A stretch of 62,340 bases of DNA, the filler included, from Rhabdomonas costata (Eukaryota): the NCBI GenBank assembly GCA_019059605.1. It is 31 parts of 31 records of this genome, joined end to end, with 100 filler letters (N's around TTAATTAATTAA, not from the genome) between each part and the next. Parts side by side here need not be neighbours in the genome. Positions count along the whole stretch, not along the records: positions 24,163 to 26,076 come from JAHMHO010007439.1; positions 26,177 to 28,090 come from JAHMHO010007440.1; positions 28,191 to 30,103 come from JAHMHO010007441.1; positions 30,204 to 32,117 come from JAHMHO010007442.1; positions 32,218 to 34,131 come from JAHMHO010007443.1; positions 34,232 to 36,145 come from JAHMHO010007444.1; 25 more parts are not named here. One strand, 5' to 3'. Shown in pieces: positions 24,163 through 35,499 of this stretch (positions are counted from its first letter, which is position 1; each line of letters starts with the position of its first letter). The position numbers and the translations under genes were made by a program. The notes under the pieces were generated by a model. That model was not told where the DNA came from, made no database searches, and saw nothing but the letters and a program-made list of their open reading frames with translations.

Positions 24163-25634
24163 TGGGCGAGGGTCGCCACGCCGACGCCCGCACTGTCGCC
24201 ACCCGCTGCCTGGCGGTGTGTGTGTGTTTGTAAGTGTGTGAGTGTGTGTGCATATAAGTGTGTGTTTATTTGTGCGTGCGCGCGTGTTTTGCTAGCGTGT
24301 TTTCCGTTTTCTTCTTTTCCGAACCTCTGGTGCGGATTCATGTTTGTGTGGTTTATGGGACCGTTTTTGCAAACAGAATGGCTGCGTCCGTGTTGCTATC
24401 GTGCAATTTTGGCGTTGGATTGCAAAAGGAACCGAAAAAAACAGGAACCGAATGGCAAATCTGAATGATTGGAATTCCGAAGTTTATGGTGGCATGTGAA
24501 CCTGAAGAGCTTGAGCTGTCAAATACGAGCAGCCAGAAGACGAAAATGCTGATGCTTGAAGCCTCGTTGATTGTAATGGATTGGAACTGGCTTTTGCGTT
24601 TGACAGATTGCCGCTGGGTTGGCATTTGTGGTGTCTGTGGTGCTGCTGTTCATACTGAAGGAGCCCATCATGAACATGATGACCTCAGACCCTGCCGTGC
24701 AGAGGTAAGAATGCCATGCTCTGCGTGCGTACTGGAATCAGGGTATGTCTCGGTGCATTTGATATTCAACCCATCCTCCTCCACAATGTTCCCTCCTCAG
24801 CCGAAAGGTTCAGAAATCGCGGTACCGAATGTTAGCTCAGGTACATGCTTGTTTATTGCGCCCCGCGAAGGTTGTACCGGGGGACGCTGTGGCTGGTGTG
24901 CCTGTTCCTTCCCATCGAGGCTGTGCAAGGGGTGAGCCAGGGCGTCGTGAAGGGCGCAGGGAAGCAGACCGTGGGCTTCCTAGTGGTTTTCGCAGGTACG
25001 TACTTTTCTTATCTTCAGGACCAATTATCCCCGCTGTTCACCTCCGAGAAGCACAGCCAAAGAGCCCTGCAGCTACTGTCTTGTTCCAGCATCTATATTC
25101 TACGCTGGAACAAAATGCGAATTAAAGCAAAACTCTGAACCCCCGGCACCTTGGAATTGATTGGTTGGTTTTCCCAATGATGCCGGAGTTATGGTCGTCA
25201 CACGTTGTGGGGCAGGGAACTACGGGTTGGGGATTCCTCTGGCGGTGTACCTCTCTGTGTGGACCGCCCTGGGGCTTACCGGGCTATGGGTGGGGATGCT
25301 CTCGGGCTACTCTGCGATGGTGGGGATGTTTCTGGTTCTGATTCTGCGCCTGGACTGGGCCCGAGCCTCTGCTCGGGCTGTGGAGCTGGCCCATCGTGGG
25401 CTGGTGGGGTCCGCGTCCGCCTCCTCGGCCATCCCCTCGACCGCCCTCTCGACGGCCCTCTCGACGGCCATCTCGGCTGTCACCTCGGCTCCGCCCGCAG
25501 ACGTCAGACCCGATGGCCATAAGGATGCCTCTGTGGCCAAGGAGCCCACTGGACAACCCCCGCAGCTCGGGGCTGTTGTGGTAACGGTGGACTACCACAG
25601 ACTCACGGATACGCCTCCTCCGGTGCTCCCGTGA
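24163..25634 (+). CDS. MATE family efflux transporter, C-terminal part
   Basis: Exons 24163-24215, 24607-24704, 24871-24995, 25216-25634 (TGA stop), all phase-compatible GT-AG: TSDPAV, QGVVKGAGKQ, YGLGIPLA, GLTGLWVGM, LDW. Confidence 0.92.
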
Positions 25635-26052
25635 GAAGTGGGTTGTTCGGCCGTGCAGACCTGGGATGTGGTAAGGGTCGGGAGCTTTGCGTGGTGTTTA
25701 CGTTTGTGTAGTGATGGGGAGAGGATCAGGTCAAATGTACTGGGAGATGATATTCGAAGAGTGGTTTCAAAACGGGGGCGCATCTGTGTTCTGCGAGTCA
25801 AGGAAGATGAAGAGAGCCATGCGAACGTGTACGTGTGCTGAGGTGACAAGGTGTCATCCCCCATCAGTATACTGGTGTTGGTAAGAGGTAGGTGTATCCC
25901 CCAGCGCGAGGAGAGATCTGACATCACGTGGAGATCTGGTACGTTTATTGCCTTTGGACAGTTTTTTCGTCTGAAATGAATGGTAGCGCTAATAAGACGT
26001 TTCCCTCACTTGATTTTCTAGGTGGTCCTGGTGCCCTCGCAGATCGATGATT

Positions 26053-26076
26053 TGTGTGTGTGTGTGTGTGTGTGTG
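26053..26076. repeat. (TG)12 microsatellite at contig end
   Basis: Seen directly; likely the cause of the assembly break. Confidence 0.9.
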
Positions 26077-27024
26077 NNNNNNNNNNNNNNNNNNNNNNNN
26101 NNNNNNNNNNNNNNNNNNNNTTAATTAATTAANNNNNNNNNNNNNNNNNNNNNNNNNNNNNNNNNNNNNNNNNNNNCTGCCGTCAATAATTGTCATTGCA
26201 CACGATGTTTTTGCAGCTACCTTTTTCGACACTTACTAGTAGCGTTTTCTAGCGCTTACCGTCCTGACCACAACCTCCGAAGGCGTCCGCAGCCACGCGG
26301 AATATAGGTCGCAGAGAATGAATCGCATACTCTTAAGATGGACAAGCTTCTTGTGGGGCACTTTGTTCTCTGGGCTGGGGGAAGGAGTGGTTGAAGTACA
26401 AAAACGAACCCCGCACCCCCCTGACGATAAAATTTCTACGTATATATAATTCGGAGGGGGGGGGGGGGCAGAGCAGTGAAAGGGGTGTGGCATTAGCCCT
26501 CGCTCCGCCAGAACTCCCGCTCCACCAAAACCACTTCCAACCAAAACCCAAAGAATCTCAACAAATACCCATTGCTTCAGAAAACTTATTTTTGAAAAAA
26601 AAATCGATTTTTCAAAGAAAAAAACGATCGTAAAATTTTGATCTTGGTGGAAATTCACCAAGCCAGTGGCGCCTAAGTTGGACCCGTTGCCCCTGACCCG
26701 CTGGTCGAAACCCGCGTTTCCAGCGAAAACCGTGGAAACTATCCGGAAACCAATGGCAACGAAGGCACGATTTTATATTTGTCGTCGAGGGGGTTTAGGT
26801 TGCGATGCACCCATCCCCGGGATTCCAACAGAAGCTATTGGAGTGGGTTAGGTGGTGATGCACGGGTCCCCTGGGATTCCGACATATCGTTTGCAGAGGA
26901 GGCGGCACACGTGTCCATTGGATTTCCTATATTAGCTTTTGCAGGGAGTTAATTTGCGACGCACGCTCTCCAGCGATGGACACGTGTTTCATCTTGTCCA
27001 GGGTGTCTTGGGCCGCTATGCCCC

Positions 27025-27157
27025 GCTCCGCGGCACAAGATCCCAGGTGCTTTCAAAAGACACCGATATCCGTGGGTTTCCAGCATTAGCGGGTTTCCAT
27101 CGCGGGAGCGGGTTTCGAACAGCGGGTAGGAGACCGATCCCCGTCCTCCCCCCCCCC
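27025..27157 (+). repeat. Dispersed repeat family B, copy 1 (other copy at 50065-50186)
   Basis: gctccgcggcacaagatcccaggtgc...tcgcgggagcgggtttcgaacagcggg...polyC is colinear with gctccacggcccaagatcctagatgc...tcgcggaagcggttttcgaccagctgg...polyC. Confidence 0.7.
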
Positions 27158-28240
27158 TTCCTCCATACAATTTCGTATAGTAGTATATAGTACCATATAA
27201 ATACAGGGAAGGGGCAAGGGAGGAACATACCCACCTACACCACAAGGGCTAAAACCACTAAGGACATTTCGCTGCCTTGCCTGCCCGCACGAAGGCAAAG
27301 TGACTTCGCTTTATCTTTCCTTCAAATTTACCCTTTCCTTCAATTAGAGCAATAGGTTTTCATGCCTGAAATTCGATTCACGAAGTTTCCCCTGCTGTTG
27401 TACACAATCGAGCGATGTCCTGAATTTGATAGTGGGGGTGTCAGGTCTGAAGGCTCGTAGGTGAACCTGAAGACAAGGGCGTGGATGCCTTTCGCAGTAC
27501 AACGGAGTCGCAGCAGCGCGGATCGTCTATAAGACACGCGCTTGAGTAAAACACAAACACTATCAGCAGAAACCAGAGTGTGGAGACCCAACTTGAACAC
27601 AACACAGCAACACATCTCGGGGGCGGGAGGTCCCCACGGAAATTTCGCGAGAGACGCTGGATCAAAAGCGCGTCTGCTCGAAGGGTTGATGCCACCAGTA
27701 CAGATCATTCCCAAGCACAAACACAAGCCCATTCTTGTGGGGAGCTTTTGACTTTGACAAGCAGAATCTATAGAAACCACCAAGCAGAGAGCAGTGAAGG
27801 CCCGCTTGCTCGAGCTGTTCATATTTGTATTCCTCCCGCACACACAAACGCATTATTGACAAACGTAGTTCACAGCGCGCACACAGATCCACGACTCGAA
27901 TGGACGAAAGGCAAAACACACCCACCCACGCCCAAAAAAACGCAAGTACTACTCATAAACAAGGAGAAACACTTCCTCGAAAGAGAAGGCTCATTGAGTC
28001 AGAGCAGGAGCAGCCAAAGAGGGTGCCCCATCTCGCAAAGGAGGGGGGGGGGCAGGAAATTTAAGTGATGGCCATCGGAACAAACACCCCNNNNNNNNNN
28101 NNNNNNNNNNNNNNNNNNNNNNNNNNNNNNNNNNTTAATTAATTAANNNNNNNNNNNNNNNNNNNNNNNNNNNNNNNNNNNNNNNNNNNNTTTTGTTTGT
28201 AGGATCAATGGAAGCGTAGATGCTGGGCAAATGCCCAAGA

Positions 28241-30103
28241 CTTCTGCACTTCCCAGGGCACCTCTGCAAAATACCCGAATATTTCGACCACCTCAGTAGT
28301 CTTGGGCATTTGCCCAGCATCTACGCTTCCATTGATCCTTCAAACAAAAATACTCAAAGCTTTCTTCCAAAACGCAGATAGATCTCACGAAGAGCATCCC
28401 TTCTGTGTGCCGAACAGTTCCGGCACACAGAAGTATAGGAGGGATTTCCGTATTACGCATATAACGCGGTTTTTGGAGCAACGCTGATATTCGCATGCCA
28501 TGTTTATCAGCGTATATTAGCGTTATTCACAAAAGACATAGGATGGTATGATGTAGGCAGACCAAGAGAGCAAAGGACCAAATATTCGCAGGAAGTACGC
28601 CTCCCCCCCAGAGATAGATACATCATCTCGGAGACAGTTGTTTCATCTTTCATAACCTGAGTATTCCACACAAAGCAACGTCGCGCCCACACGAGGTGTT
28701 AATGGCGAGCTTCCGCATGTACATACTGTTTCTGGTGATAATCGATGCCAGCTGCATTTTCCGCTGCTTTGCCAGCCCATGAAAGGGGTCCGCATTAACA
28801 AACATCTCCGCCAGCCTGGCCTCCATCACCGTGACAACACTGAACCCCACGAGCTTCATCAGGATCTCGAAGACCAAGGTGGCTGCCGGAACCGCGAAAA
28901 CAGCATACATTACCCTTCTTGACATCCCCCATTCAATCTATCTAAAGCAGAAGTTGTGCCAAAGGTAAAACGCAAAATAATCCAGGCGTTGCAGGATAAG
29001 GACATTGAATAAGGCAAAGTGGTGGTTATCGGAATGAACCGCACCCTCAGCGCAAGAAAAAAAAGCAATACGAAATCCAAAGTGGTCGCATGGATCTATG
29101 CCGCGCCTCTCAGCGCCAGAGTGAGCACATAAACACTGTCGGCATACGGACTCGGCGGCCCAGGTCCCCATGCGAGTGCAGGAAGCACGAGATAGTGAAC
29201 GTCATGGCAGCCAGGTACTTGCTGTACCATCCCTCCTCCTCATCGTACTCGCCCAGCTCCGTTGCGGGGTCGGCCAGGGCCAGCCAGACGATCGTCAGGC
29301 TCTGCAGCACCACAAGGCCTAAGCTGAAGAACTTAAGCGCACTCACCCACGTCGAGGTGACGGAGATGGGGTTGCGGCGCTGGAAGTATGTCGGGAGGCG
29401 GACCACGTGGAGCAGCCGAAGGAAGACAAGGACTCCAAAGGCAGAGGGATGGACGCGCATGCACATCGCCTCAGGGGAGGTGGAGCCTTCGGAGAGAAGC
29501 GCCAGAAGGTCCATCGGGAAGGACATCAGCAAGTCCCAGCAGAACCAGCTCTGCAAGTACAGCTTGCGCACCACAGGCTATAGGGAGGCAGGGGGGAAGG
29601 TCACGGGTTGGACCACTCTGACGCAGAGGTCACAGGGAAGTGCGCTCCCGCAGTATGCAGCTGTATTTTCCTGATTTCTTAAGCAAAAGCAGCTCCGCAG
29701 TTACCTAGACCCAGGGGAAGGACGTACAGTGACATTCGTCCACCGCAGGCCAATGTGAAAAAGTAAAAAGGCAATTTCAGTTCTAATTTCCTTTATCATA
29801 TGCAGGACAGGTACCACGGCATTGTGCACAAAGGCTCAAAGAAGGAATGCCGTTCGCAAAGTCCATCGAACGAGGAACAAGCGCTTCCTTGAGCGACAAG
29901 GAAGAGTGGCATTCTCACACGCACCAGTGAGTCCACGGTCTCCCACTTCTGCCTCCGCACCGCGGTGTTGAAATTCAGCAGGAGCTCCGTGCACTGCCCT
30001 AGTGACACCGCGACTAGAAGGCCCAGCAGCAGCCCTCGCAGCGCCTCACTCTCCGGGCAGTCCACCAACAGTGTCGACACTGCGATGAACTCCCCCACCA
30101 CCC
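28241..30103 (-). CDS. CNG/HCN/EAG-like cation channel fragment (S1/S2 to start of C-linker)
   Basis: Exons 30103-29925, 29577-29148, 28882-28727, 28263-28241, in-frame GT-AG joins: LLNFNTA, YLQSWFCWDLLMSFPMD, LRLLHVVRL (S4), YLAAMTFTISCFLHSHGDL (pore), S6, then TRNKVPWEVQK. Confidence 0.8.
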
Positions 30104-30260
30104 NNNNNNNNNNNNNNNNNNNNNNNNNNNNNNNNNNNNNNNNNNNNTTAATTAATTAANNNNNNNNNNNNNNNNNNNNNNNNNNNNNNNNNNNNNNNNN
30201 NNNGTTGGGTGGGTGGTTGCGGGTTGGGATGTTTGGGGGATGCTGTGGCTGTGTACGCAG

Positions 30261-31157
30261 TGTGCAGACGGCGAAGCGCATCATGGAGATCAACACCCGC
30301 CACGCCCTGGTGGACGAGCTCAGGCGGCGGGCTAAAGAGAACGAGGACGACCCCGAGGCCATTGAGGCTGCGGACGTGCTCTACCAGGTCGCCGCGCTGC
30401 AGTCCGGGTACACCCTGGACGACGTCAACCACTTCGCCACCCAGATGCACCGCACTCTGAAGCAAAGTGCGGCTGTTTCTGCGCGCGCGCCCGCTGTGTT
30501 TCTTTTAGGGGGAGGGGGTATCCTACCTTTTTCTTCCATGCCGTCAAAATTTTTTTGGCGCTTTTGTGTGGGAAATGGTGTAACCGTGAGGTTTGGGACC
30601 TGTGTCGCTTGCCATTAGTGTCTCGAGGTCCTTACTCCAGATCCTCCCTCCCTCCAGATCCAGAATACTCTGCTTGGAAATATTAGTTCAGCTTAGTTTT
30701 CCCTTCAGATCTCTCTCGCGTTCCTTCTTGTAAATTATTTGTTTTTGGTGTTGCACCCTGGACTCTTCACAAACTCCGTGCCGGTGCCGTGACAACTTTC
30801 CAGATTTCCTGTTCACCACAAAACTATTTCCATGCGGCACTACGGCAGAGGCACAAGAGTTCGTGAAGAGTGCAACACAAAAAACGTGTGGTGAACAGGA
30901 AGGCAGGAGGTTTTCGCGTTGTAAGTTTGTGTGATGGTTTTGGAAAACCTCCAAAAGGCCTCAACCTGGACCCCAACACGAACCTCGTGGAGGAGGAGGA
31001 GTACGTGGTCGAGGAGGAGCCCGAGGACCCATATTTCTCCGCTGAGGAGGGCGGCGAGAAGAAGCCCAAGACGGAATCAGGCGCAGAGGAGGCCGGCGGC
31101 GCCTCCGCTGTGGAGGAGGAGGACCCCAAGAAGTTCGAGGATCATGACGACCTGTGA
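30261..31157 (+). CDS. HSP90B1: ER Hsp90 (endoplasmin/GRP94), C-terminal part
   Basis: Exons 30261-30466 and 30958-31157, phase-1 join: KRIMEINTRHALV...LYQVAALQSGY..., acidic tail ending in the ER-retention signal HDDL then stop. Confidence 0.92.
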
Positions 31158-31920
31158 GGATGAGGCAGACACTCAGACTGTGGGGGAGGGACCCATGAAG
31201 GGAAGGTGGCGTGCGGTCGGCGATGACCTTCGGCGCGGCTTCACCTTGCCTTCCTTCTACACGCTTCGGACTCGGGAATGGCGGTGAGTGGCTTTGCGGA
31301 GTGGCCGTGGCCGTCCTCTCCATCTCCTCCTTTCCCCTTCTAAAGCTCGTCTACCCACACCCCTTGCACAACTGTTGTGTTCTCCATCTTTCTCTGCAGT
31401 CCACGTAGCAGCGGACAACAGGTCGGGTTATGGAGGGTGCACAGGGAATTTTCTCGTTGTGCCTAATGACGCCCATTTGCGATTTGCGGGAGGGATAAGC
31501 CGGACGGTTGGGAGTCCGTGAAGTCGATGAATGGGGAGAATGGATGAATGAAGATTTTTATCGTCTATACACTATACTTTTTACAGGGCGAGTATAAAAA
31601 ACAAACACAGAAATGCGAAGTGATAAGTCATGTATGTAGAAGAGCTTGACACGGTTTTATATTGCCAGATTCGGCGATACTGAAGTTCTGAAGAAGAAGA
31701 GGAGTGTTGCCCGCTGCTTGCTCTCCAGAATCCCACAGGCCATCTGTGCCGAAGAGGATCCTTTCGTTTACCACAACACATACATGCACTTTGAGAGGGA
31801 AGGAAGCACCCTTCGGGGATACTCCGCGGGGTGCATCTCCCCCCTCTGCTGTTCGTTGGGACAGTCCCTAGAGGTCACAATTGTGTACTGGCCAGTTGTG
31901 TGCCCCTGCGCTTTTGAATT

Positions 31921-32110
31921 TTTGGGCCCCGTGGTTCTCCTTCTCTCTAGCTCATTCGGGCCCGGAAGGGCCTTGGTAAAGACGAAGTCGAAGGCAACAA
32001 ACGAGGTGTTCATCAAAAGGGTGCACAGCGTACCACAGAGCACGAAGAACAGCACAGCCAACGATTAAAAGGGAACCGCTGTGACATTAAAATTCCCGCG
32101 CCGGTCCCAC
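31921..32110 (+). repeat. Dispersed repeat family A, copy 1 (other copy at 39798-39960)
   Basis: Shared colinear blocks: cattcgggcccggaagggcc, aaagacRaagtc, gtgcacagcgt, agcacagccaa, cgccgg. Confidence 0.8.
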
Positions 32111-32336
32111 CAACCCCNNNNNNNNNNNNNNNNNNNNNNNNNNNNNNNNNNNNNNNNNNNNTTAATTAATTAANNNNNNNNNNNNNNNNNNNNNNNNNNN
32201 NNNNNNNNNNNNNNNNNAGCAAGAGGAAGCGACGGGAAGAAGGATACACGCACTGAAATTGCGTTCCATCACCTCCCATCACCTGTTACCCATCGCATCA
32301 AATATTTACACACGGGCTCGCTCGCTCGCTCCACAG

Positions 32337-33760
32337 GGCACGTGCGAGCGCTGCCCCAGCGATTTGGTGTACGACGCCCGGATGGCGCCCCCGCAGTGCG
32401 CCCTGCCTGCGCCCTCAATGTGGTGGTGGTGGGTGGTAGCCGCAATGGCTGGGCTGCTGGGCTGTCTGGTGGTGACCTACGCCGTCCTTGCCTACCGCCG
32501 GCAGAAGCTCCGCGCCCGCGTGCTGGCCAGTGTGCCCACAGGGGAGGTCACCTTCGTCTTCACAGGTGTGTTACAGGTATAGCAAGGTGTGCATCGGGGC
32601 CTCGACTGGATGCACGTTTTCTTCGTTTGCACAGTCGTGTTCCACCGCTGTTCCTCGCTTTATCAAGGTTACCGGGGGAATGTCCTAATGCGCAGTGATG
32701 GCAGTATGTTGTGTTGAAAACCTGGAAAGGGGAGGGGAGGGCTAGTGCTTAATTGCGTTAAGGGATTGCAGTTGCCAACGATTTCAAAATTCCACGGTTG
32801 ACAGTATATTGGGTCAAACCAAGCTCCTCCCCCCACGGCCACGGTCCTGTCTTGCCCCTTCCAGCAGCAGGATAGCGGCTTCAGCGGCAGTATGCTTCAC
32901 GCGGACTCTTGAGAAAACAGATGCACCGATGAGCGGTAGACTTTTTCCTCAAATATTGGGAGCGCTCGTAAACATGCTCAACAGCTGCTTGAAGTGTAAT
33001 GATGTGAGTCTAAACAAAACGCTGCTGGAACAACACCGTTGTCCAATGTCCGCTGAACGCAACGGCACAGAAACGTGGGGCATGTGCGCATCAGTGTGCA
33101 ACCGTGTGTAGTAGAGGTGTGGCGTGTGTCCGTCCTTAGAACCGAAAATGAGCAAGCAAATAGTCGGCGATCACTTGCAGAGGGTAAGGCAAGGATGGAT
33201 GACAGGTTCTCTTGTTTCTTTTCTGCAGACATTCAGAACTCAACCCTGCTGTGGGAGACCTACCCGGAGATGCCAGAGGCCCTTCAGGTTCACAACAAGA
33301 CGATGCGGGAGCTCATCCAGAAGTGGGGTGTGCCCCTCTGTGAATGCATCAACTTGGGAGCTTGCGCTGCAGTCTGCTCTTGATTCTTGGTCGCTTCCGG
33401 CATCCCTCTTGGTCAAGGTTGGGGGTCCTTGCTGCAGTCGCCTCTTGAGCGGAAGAAGAGAGCCAGCATATTTTGTGGTCGGGCTCTACAATAGGCAAGA
33501 GTTGATTTGCCAGGACCGTGCTCTGTGTTTCTGGGATGCTTCGGCAGGTCTGAAATCCATCAATTCGCATTTGGGAAACGGCAAAATGGAGCTGTATTCA
33601 TTGTAATATTGTAGTCTTCGTGTTGCGTCCGACCCGTTGCTCTGCTCCACCTGGAGGTGGGTACGAGGTGAAGACCATCGGGGACAGCTTTTTTGTGGGT
33701 TTCGGGGATGCCAACCACGCCGTGTACTTCGCAGCGGAGGTCCAGCTGGCTATGCTAAAG
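32337..33760 (+). CDS. Receptor-type class III adenylate cyclase (Cys-containing ectodomain end, TM, catalytic domain), partial
   Basis: Exons 32337-32565, 33229-33327, 33657-33760, phase-1 joins: CERCP...C, TM, PTGEVTFVFTDIQNSTLLWE...GGYEVKTIGDSF. Both metal-binding Asp and the ATP-specifying Lys are present. Confidence 0.92.
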
Positions 33761-35388
33761 GTCTGCTTAGACGCCTTCCAGCCTCCAGTCCCGAAATGAT
33801 CCCGCCCTACTGCCTGGCTGAATTTCAATGTCGTGTCGGACAATGGAAGGGGCACCAAATGTTTTAGCAATGCCAAAGGGTCTTAAAGAAAACAGAGTAT
33901 GTCCTTCATGGGAAAGGAAACACGGTATGTCTGTGCTGTTCTCCTCGTCCTTTCGCCCACTTTTTTTCCACGTTCTGGCCTGCCAGACTTCTCGAGTTTT
34001 TTTCTTATGCGAATTCACTTTCTCTACAATTTGAATGCATTATGGGGCCAAGAGCCTTGACGTTCGTGACCAGAAAAAATTGTCTCTTACTCCTACTACT
34101 ACTATGCTGAAATTTTAATCTGCCAAAAAAANNNNNNNNNNNNNNNNNNNNNNNNNNNNNNNNNNNNNNNNNNNNTTAATTAATTAANNNNNNNNNNNNN
34201 NNNNNNNNNNNNNNNNNNNNNNNNNNNNNNNTTGTGTTGGGTTGGCTTTGTGGTGGGAGAAAAAAGGCAATTCAGAGGGAGAGAAACATCTTGTTTGGTT
34301 TTGGGCTAATCATGACGATCCGTCGGCTCCGCGACGTGGAGCCCGTACTAATTCTCTTGATGGAGCACGATTTCTGGACGACGGTGACAAACTGTTGTAG
34401 CCCGCCGATATTCTCATCGCAGAAAACGCAACAGCAACGGGCGGTCTACCCGGAATAAGCAAGAAGCCTATCGTTTATCATGTTCAGCTTACCAGAAAAC
34501 GCCTGCATGTCAAAACTGTGAATGAGAAAAAAGACCCGAGCCCCCATACGAACAAAAAGCAAGTCGTGTCATACACACAATGTTCTTGGGATAAACGGTA
34601 CAATGCACCGTGGCAAGGCACGACAAAACAATGTCCTGCAAAAATACAAGCCCATTTACAAGGGATAGGCATGGGAAGAGGGCATGTGAAGGGAAGATTT
34701 GAAAGGGGAAGGAGCGTGAGAGAACGAATAAAGGGAATGAACGAGAAAGAGAGAGATAATGTGGAAAAAGAGGGAGGGAGGGCAAAATTACGGGACAAAA
34801 AGAGACATGACAGGAGGAGCAATGACTGTGACGTAGTGGAACGGTCAAAAATTGGAAAGAAACGGAATGATGCTAAGGAACGGGGACAAGGACAGAAAGA
34901 ACGAAATTAAAACATAGAGAGAGAAAGGGACGGAGGGAAGGAGTTCAAATTGGATCTGCTGTCTGCGGTGCCTCTTCGTACCAACCGCAATTAGAACAAA
35001 ACTTCCGTAACAACGTACATCGGCGGTAAAAACAAGAACAACAAGAAACCTGAAAAGAAAAGGGCAAGAACAATGCATGTCGCAATCAAGCAGGAGGGGG
35101 TATGCTTTCATTGAAACCCATACGGGAGCGAGTGAGAGAGGCAGGGAACGAGTGAGAGAGGGCCAGGAGCCGAGGGAGCCAGAGAAGGGTGGCAGCGGGG
35201 ATCAAGCATGGAGCATCCAGGGAGAACAGAGACGCAGAGCAGGAGAGGCCGACGGCAGGAAGGCACCCCCGACACTCCCAGGCGTGAGGTGTGAAAGCCG
35301 CAGCCGAAAGCAGGCGGAAGACGAGCATGCCCACAATCAACCACATTATGCCGAAACAAAGGTAGGCAGCACGACAAAGGACGCACGC

Positions 35389-35499
35389 CTGTGCAGCAGT
35401 CCGACTGGGTGCACGTCTGCGTCGCGCAGATGGTGGAGGAGGCCATGCTGGAGTACCCGCTGGGGCAGGCGTAGCTGCTGCTGCCACACGTGGGGTTGG
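35389..35499 (-). CDS. 111-nt exon encoding a six-cysteine extracellular-type module
   Basis: NPTCGSSSYACPSGYSSMASSTICATQTCTQSDCCT. Same Cys spacing, length and 1-1 phase as exon 42397-42507, using a GC donor. Confidence 0.75.

Noticed and set aside
28191..28350. About 50-bp inverted repeat as a TIR element
   Set aside because: It abuts the contig start and cuts the channel exon mid-frame after VPWEVQK, which fits an amplification fold-back chimera.
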